From positions 92,743 to 156,742 of the forward strand of contig NW_004797971.1 of the NCBI RefSeq assembly GCF_000002075.1: DNA of 64,000 nt, read 5' to 3'. This document shows positions 58,801 through 64,000 of the stretch, piece by piece. Below the pieces are notes generated by a model that had not been told where the DNA came from, made no database searches, and worked only from the letters and a program-made list of their open reading frames with translations. This DNA comes from Aplysia californica. Taxonomy: Eukaryota. Every line of letters begins with the position of its first letter. The first letter of the stretch is position 1. Both the position numbers and the translations under genes were made by a program.

Positions 58801-61800
58801 ATAATTAATTCAAACAGTTTTTATTTTACAAGACATGAATGCTTGTGTACTTTTTTTTGTCTACACGGTAAACACTATCTGGCATATATACAAGTTTTTA
58901 AATTAAAAATTAATATGTGCATTTGTTTGCAATAGAACTCTTGTCTTTGTCACATTATCCTTTTTTTCTTTTTCCAGCCAGTATGCAAGGCAGTTGAGGT
59001 GAGAATAGCCTTTGTGAAAGAATACTAATAAAAATAAAAGTAATTACTTTTGAAAAAAATTTTCTCGTCAGTTTAGCTTTAATGACTTGCTATACTGGAA
59101 AGGTTAGAGATGTTTGTCAGAATTATTTTTTATTTGTAACAAGAAACAGCAAATTCATATTGTGCTTTTTTGTAAATTAAGGGGAGGAGCAACTCTTGAT
59201 TTTGCAGATTTTGAGTCAGGCTATGCACATTGAGATGTTGGCTGGTTTTTGAAGATCAACCAGTTCTTTGTCTAAAAATAGCATAGAGACTATTGAGAAA
59301 GTCTTTATTCTTCTCGTGAATTGCCTTTGAAAACATGAGGGTGGGTTAATATACTGAATTTTCACAATAATTATTTGGTTTTTGCAAAATGTCATTTTTT
59401 CGCAATTTTTTCCCTACTCCTTCCTTAGTGTTCATCCTTTTGACTTGAAACATTCTGGAAACATAGATGGCAAGGCTGCCATCAATGTAACATAGAGATA
59501 TTTGCAAAAAAAATACACTTTTCCGTTGGCAAGTGATTACGCTACCGAAATTTAAAAAGGTTTCTTACACTTTGGGAAACTTATCGCATTTTTTTTTCTT
59601 TTGCACTTATTGAAGAAAACTTGCTGTGAAGCTGATTAAGTCTGGTTCAGGTATACCCTCATCAGATTTGGTCAGTAAATAAGAAAGCCTTAGGGATTTG
59701 AAAATCACTGTTTATTTTCAAGATGGCGGCCGTTTCCATAGCAACCGCTGTAGCTATACCAAAATAAAAATGCATATCAAAAGATTTTACGTTGCCAAAC
59801 TTATATATGTACTTTGATTTGATCTCAGGCGACAAACTTAGAAAATGATCCTCAAGGGTGGCTCCTCCTGTTAAGATAAGTTGTTTAACCAATTCATTCT
59901 TATGCTCAGAGGGAAAATATTGAATATACACATTATCTCGAATTTTGTAAATATTATTGTATACCATAGATGGGCTGTTTTACTTGAAAAGCATTTATTT
60001 TTTTATACTTCATTGCAGGAATTTAAAATTAGATGGTATTCCTGTCCTCTTTATCCCAGGAAATGCCGGAAGCTACAAACAAGGTGTGTTATGTGTTGAT
60101 ATTCATAAAACTATCTCAGACTTGTTTGTATTTGGTGCTTTCGTGGAGACAAATGATCTCTCCGCTTTTCTCTCTCTTTCTGACCCAGNNNNNNNNNNNN
60201 NNNNNNNNNNNNNNNNNNNNNNNNNNNNNNNNNNNNNNNNNNNNNNNNNNNNNNNNNNNNNNNNNNNNNNNNNNNNNNNNNNNNNNNNNNNNNNNNNNNN
60301 NNNNNNNNNNNNNNNNNNNNNNNNNNNNNNNNNNNNNNNNNNNNNNNNNNNNNNNNNNNNNNNNNNNNNNNNNNNNNNNNNNNNNNNNNNNNNNNNNTTC
60401 AAGAGTGACCAATGTGTTCATTTGTTGGATTTTTGTTATTGGTATTGACACATATTGCCTGTATTTATTTTAATAAGTTATGTACTCTCAATTACATTTA
60501 GATGACCTCCATAATTTTTTCTCCACCTTTCAGTTAGGTCACTTGGTTCTGTGTCCTTACGGATGTCTGAACACCCTCAGGTCCGAGCTCATTTCAATTA
60601 CTTTGTTGTGGATTTCAATGAGGTAAGTCTTTTTATATATGTTCCATCAGATAGAGTTGTCAAAGAAATATTTGATTGCGGTAATGCATCCCCATCATTG
60701 AAATTGAAAGTACCTGGAATTTCTGCGAGGGCTACTTGAGCAACAAGGTCCATAGATTTCTAGATTAACAATTCCTATTGCTGTTGCTCAGGCAGCTCTT
60801 GTTGTGATGACCTCTTTTTGTCTCTGTGACATGAATAGAGTTTTCAAGACTTTTGACATTTGTGTCATAACATGATGGAATCAGGTGCTTGTCAACTTTT
60901 TGGCATATATGGAGTACTTGGTATCATCATAAAGTTAATTTGTCTTGATTTTGATTTTAAAAAAACATACTTATCCATCTTTCATAGAAGTTGAGACATT
61001 TGTGTTGATGTTAGATTAAGACAGTAACATAGATCTGTATAACTATGATTATACTTTTTTATTTCCTCTATAGGAGTTGTCTGCTCTGTATGGTGGTGTG
61101 TTGGACAAACAGACTGGTGAGCATTGGCACCGACTTTGTGCTTTGGACTTGATACCTGAAGGCCCCTCCCCTGTGGGTTTGGGGGGGGGGGGTTGTAAAT
61201 GACTACTAGCAGTAAATGCAACCTCTGTAATTGTAATGGTGGAATGACACACATAAATGTCTATGCTGGAATCCCATTTGTGATATTTACTTTTTTGTGT
61301 TTAGTTTCTAGCATTTTCTCCTTCTGTCCTTGTTTTGTACTCCTACCCATCTCTATTTGTATTTAGGAGTACTTGAGTGCTGAAACCATAAGAAAGTAAA
61401 ACAATTTAGTCCATAGGAAGTTTAAATGTGTTGTAACTGGCATCTGTTGACGACAAAGGGTACTGAAACAACCTAAGGGCTAGAACTCAAATGGCCGCTG
61501 GATCGGAAAAGTAAAGCAAAGAAGTGTTGAAAAATACCAATATTTTATTTTTGCTTTTTTATGAATTGCTTATACTCTTGCTTTACGGTGTCATTGTTTC
61601 ATTGTTATGTTGTTATTGCCAATTCAACAGCTTGTGGGGATTCTTTCTTTGGCTCAGTACCATTTTGTGGTATGTCTGGTTGCTGGAGAAGAAGTTGATC
61701 ATTGCTCTGTGAAGTGCTAAGGAACTTATCTAGATCATCCTATGAAATCTATATCGACTTGATTATGCCAGTTTATAATGAGTACAACAATGAGAATTTA

Positions 61801-61973
61801 GGTCACTGTTATGTTTTCTTTGTGATTTTTGTCAGATTCTCCCAATGACAACTGCTTTCTTTTTTCCCTGTGTGTCCTCAGAATTTGTACACCACTGTCT
61901 GAAGAAAATTCTGTCTTTTTACTCTGGGGCAAAATCTCCCCCCTCATCTGTTGTACTGGTTGGACACTCTATG
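52727..61973 (+). CDS. PGAP1: GPI inositol-deacylase, 5' part, join(52727-52861,58192-58256,58978-58998,60019-60083,60534-60622,61074-61116,61882-61973), continues beyond the window
   Basis: Signal anchor then [67 protein letters not shown]; all phases fit. Confidence 0.95.
53155..53658 (+). mobile_element. GGCCACCTCTATTCTC repeat family copy
   Basis: Homologous to 55853-56600 and 49230-50340. Confidence 0.7.
53885..54640. repeat. Degenerate array with motif TACATAACARTGATGAC
   Basis: Copies near 53889, 54223, 54252, 54433 and 54607. Confidence 0.65.
55853..56600 (+). mobile_element. GGCCACCTCTATTCTC family copy with nested Mutator-like MITE (55978-56247)
   Basis: Homology to 53155-53580 resumes after the MITE; MITE TIR GGYGCTTTTTCGGTAGTTCCC. 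Confidence 0.75.
58192..58256 (+). CDS. PGAP1: PGAP1 exon 2
   Basis: [22 protein letters not shown]. Confidence 0.93.
58978..58998 (+). CDS. PGAP1: PGAP1 exon 3 (21-nt microexon, QYARQL)
   Basis: Long pyrimidine tract plus CCAG acceptor, GTGAGA donor; supplies the YA expected after YGEG. Confidence 0.8.
59181..59870. mobile_element. Kolobok-like non-autonomous element
   Basis: TTAA on both sides; TIR GGGGAGGAGCAACTCTTGA / TCAAGGGTGGCTCCTCCTG. Confidence 0.7.
60019..60083 (+). CDS. PGAP1: PGAP1 exon 4
   Basis: [21 protein letters not shown]. Confidence 0.96.
60189..60397. other. Assembly gap
   Basis: N run; intronic, since exons 4 and 5 join without missing residues. Confidence 1.
60534..60622 (+). 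CDS. PGAP1: PGAP1 exon 5
   Basis: VRSLGSVSLRMSEHPQVRAHFNYFVVDFNE. Confidence 0.95.
61074..61116 (+). CDS. PGAP1: PGAP1 exon 6
   Basis: [14 protein letters not shown]. Confidence 0.94.
61882..61973 (+). CDS. PGAP1: PGAP1 exon 7 (catalytic Ser motif)
   Basis: [31 protein letters not shown]; donor GTAAGA. Confidence 0.95.
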
Positions 61974-62868
61974 GTAAGAGCTGTGTTAATTTGACATGTT
62001 TGTCTAAAAAGTTATCTGATCTAGAAATGAAACTTACTTTACTTTTGCCACAGAAATGAAAATAATTATGTTTTCATCACCAAAAAAAAAAGAAAGTGTT
62101 AATATTTTTATTGCAAAATAAAGATAATAATACTTTTGTCACATAAATGAAAAACATGACGAAACTGTTTAGAATACACCCTAAATGACCTGAAAGAGCG
62201 TTTGAAAACTGCAAATTGCACTAAAAATCCTTTAAAAAATCCCTGTTTTTTTCTGTTTTTCTCAAAAACTACCTTTTGACTTAGGTGACCTTGGTGCAAG
62301 GAGTTTTCAAAAACTGCTGATGCTAGAAGCTTCAAATTTGACGCATAGGTGCTTTAAGATCTATTCTGGGGATCTATGTGAGCTAATTGGGGAAATATTG
62401 GTAACTTTTGGAAATATTCAAATTTTTTGTAATATGTACCTCAAAATTTCGTCAAATGACTCTCGGGTGTCCATTGATTTTGGGCTCCCTTTGTTATTTT
62501 TAAAGATAGGTAAAAAAACCTCACATAGATCCCCAGTCCATATAGGTTTGTACTTGTGAGCCAAATTTCAGGCTGATGTTTCAATATTTACTATGAAATT
62601 CTTCTGCACTAAGAAACTGGTTTGAAAATCCAAGATGGTTGCTGCAGAGACCCATTTTTCAGAAAAAATCTACAAATTCACCGTTAGTACATCCTATTTA
62701 CCTATGTACTTGCACAATTACATGAAAGTGAATAAAAGTCATTCGTTTAGAAAATTTTTTCGGGAGTGTACGTCTCCCCTTAAGCAAACATTTTGTTTAT
62801 TCATCTTTCCCAATTTCTTGATCCTCATGTTAGGTAATATTGTTCATAACAAATGATGGTTTAGTCAT

Positions 62869-63925
62869 TAGAGCTGGAGTCTGCTCGATTAATCGAAGGC
62901 TTGCAAAGCAGCGGACGGCTTGCGCTAGAGGCTTGCGAGCAGCCTTGTACTTTGCTTTGCCTCCTGCTTGCTACCTGGGGGGAACTTCCGGTGAGTTGTG
63001 ACTTGCTGTAGTGTGTCGTGACGTTGCAAACTCTCGTGGCTGTGGGCTCAGTACATATTACAGAAGATTCTCCGGTTATTTGCGTTGAAAGGCTTGCACC
63101 AAAAGTGCAAGATTGTTTTTTTTTTCCATAGTCGGATTGTAAAAAATAAAAAGCTCTATTCAATGCACTTAAAAATTAATAATGGATCAGCTATTCTAAC
63201 AATGCAAAGGCCTGTTTGTTTTTAATGTGCAGGAGCCAAGCGCTTCGTCGTTGCAAGCAAAAGACCTCAGTTTGATTCCCGTATGGGGAGAAATTTTTAC
63301 TGAGAACCTCCGTCTTTCTCCTAGGGCGTTGTTCCCTCTCAGTCCAGGCTGGCCCTTGAAGTAGGCCTAGCCCGTCTCCTAAATGTTCTGTATTATGTCA
63401 CTGTGAGTGAAAAACATTTACAAAATAGGTTACATACCTACGATACAAAAACCAATCACAATGACCCCTGGAATTTTCCATTCTAGGGTAATCTAAGTCT
63501 ACTTATTCTTATTACTACCAGAAACTTAGGTTTCTGTTACTACACTACCACTCTCCCTCTCACTTATCCACTCACTAAGCTGATCAACGGCGGGAAGTTA
63601 AAAATAACTTCAGTTCTCTACGTCTTGCACCAAAACAAGCACAGCCTCTCCCTTCCTCCATGGTTCAGAGTTCACACTGCGAGCGGTCTTGCTGCTCGCT
63701 GCTACAGCAAAACAGCAAGTCAGCCAAGCGATTTGCCAGGTTTCGAGCTGGTCCTGGGAGCCAAAGCAAAAAATGGGAGCCGAGAGACTTGCCGGGCTTG
63801 AGCAATTCACTGGCACAAAGCATGACAAGGGAATCATGGGACTTGTGTGCTGCGGACGGGATTTGAGACTTGACAGCTGTCCGCTGCTTGCAAGCCTTCG
63901 ATTAATCAAGCAGACTACAGCGCTA
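62869..63925. mobile_element. hAT-like element with ~50-bp inverted ends
   Basis: TAGAGCTGGAGTCTGCTCGATTAATCGAAGGCTTGC vs the reverse complement ending at 63925; TSD not recognisable. Confidence 0.6.
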
Positions 63926-64000
63926 CGCCGCGCAGTGACACTGTGAGCCGGATCTCTCACTCTCCCCCTCTCTCTTTTTCTGATGTAAGTGGCTTCTCGG

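Noticed and set aside
61974-64000. Further PGAP1 exon starting with GG after GHSM
   Set aside because: None recognised; the region is repeat-derived, so the exon presumably lies beyond the window

Overview
Animal (invertebrate) nuclear DNA: AT-rich, GT-AG introns, three N gaps. The abundance of TAGATCTA words suggests a mollusc-like genome, but that is inference only. Three conserved intron-containing genes can be rebuilt exon by exon with consistent phases: (1) RPL10/uL16 on + (5'TOP non-coding exon 1, five coding exons 2288-10303, 217 aa); (2) NUDCD3 on - (eight exons 52444-38577, 376 aa); (3) the 5' part of PGAP1 on + (seven exons 52727-61973, reaching the GHSM lipase motif and continuing past the window). 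NUDCD3 and PGAP1 are head-to-head with 282 bp between start codons. A ~9.2 kb near-identical tandem duplication (9655-18834 / 18935-~27963) flanks a 100-N gap and is probably a haplotype assembly artefact. The rest is mostly decayed mariner, Tigger/pogo, Mutator-like, Kolobok, piggyBac-like and hAT-like elements and SINEs. The best leads are candidate regulatory RNA elements in RPL10 intron 3 (a box C/D kink-turn overlapping cryptic splice sites; an anti-U6 plus anti-5'-splice-site segment) and TA-GGCC-TA / TA-GATC-TA insertions that look like transposon footprints. These are hypotheses from visual inspection; no undescribed system is established.
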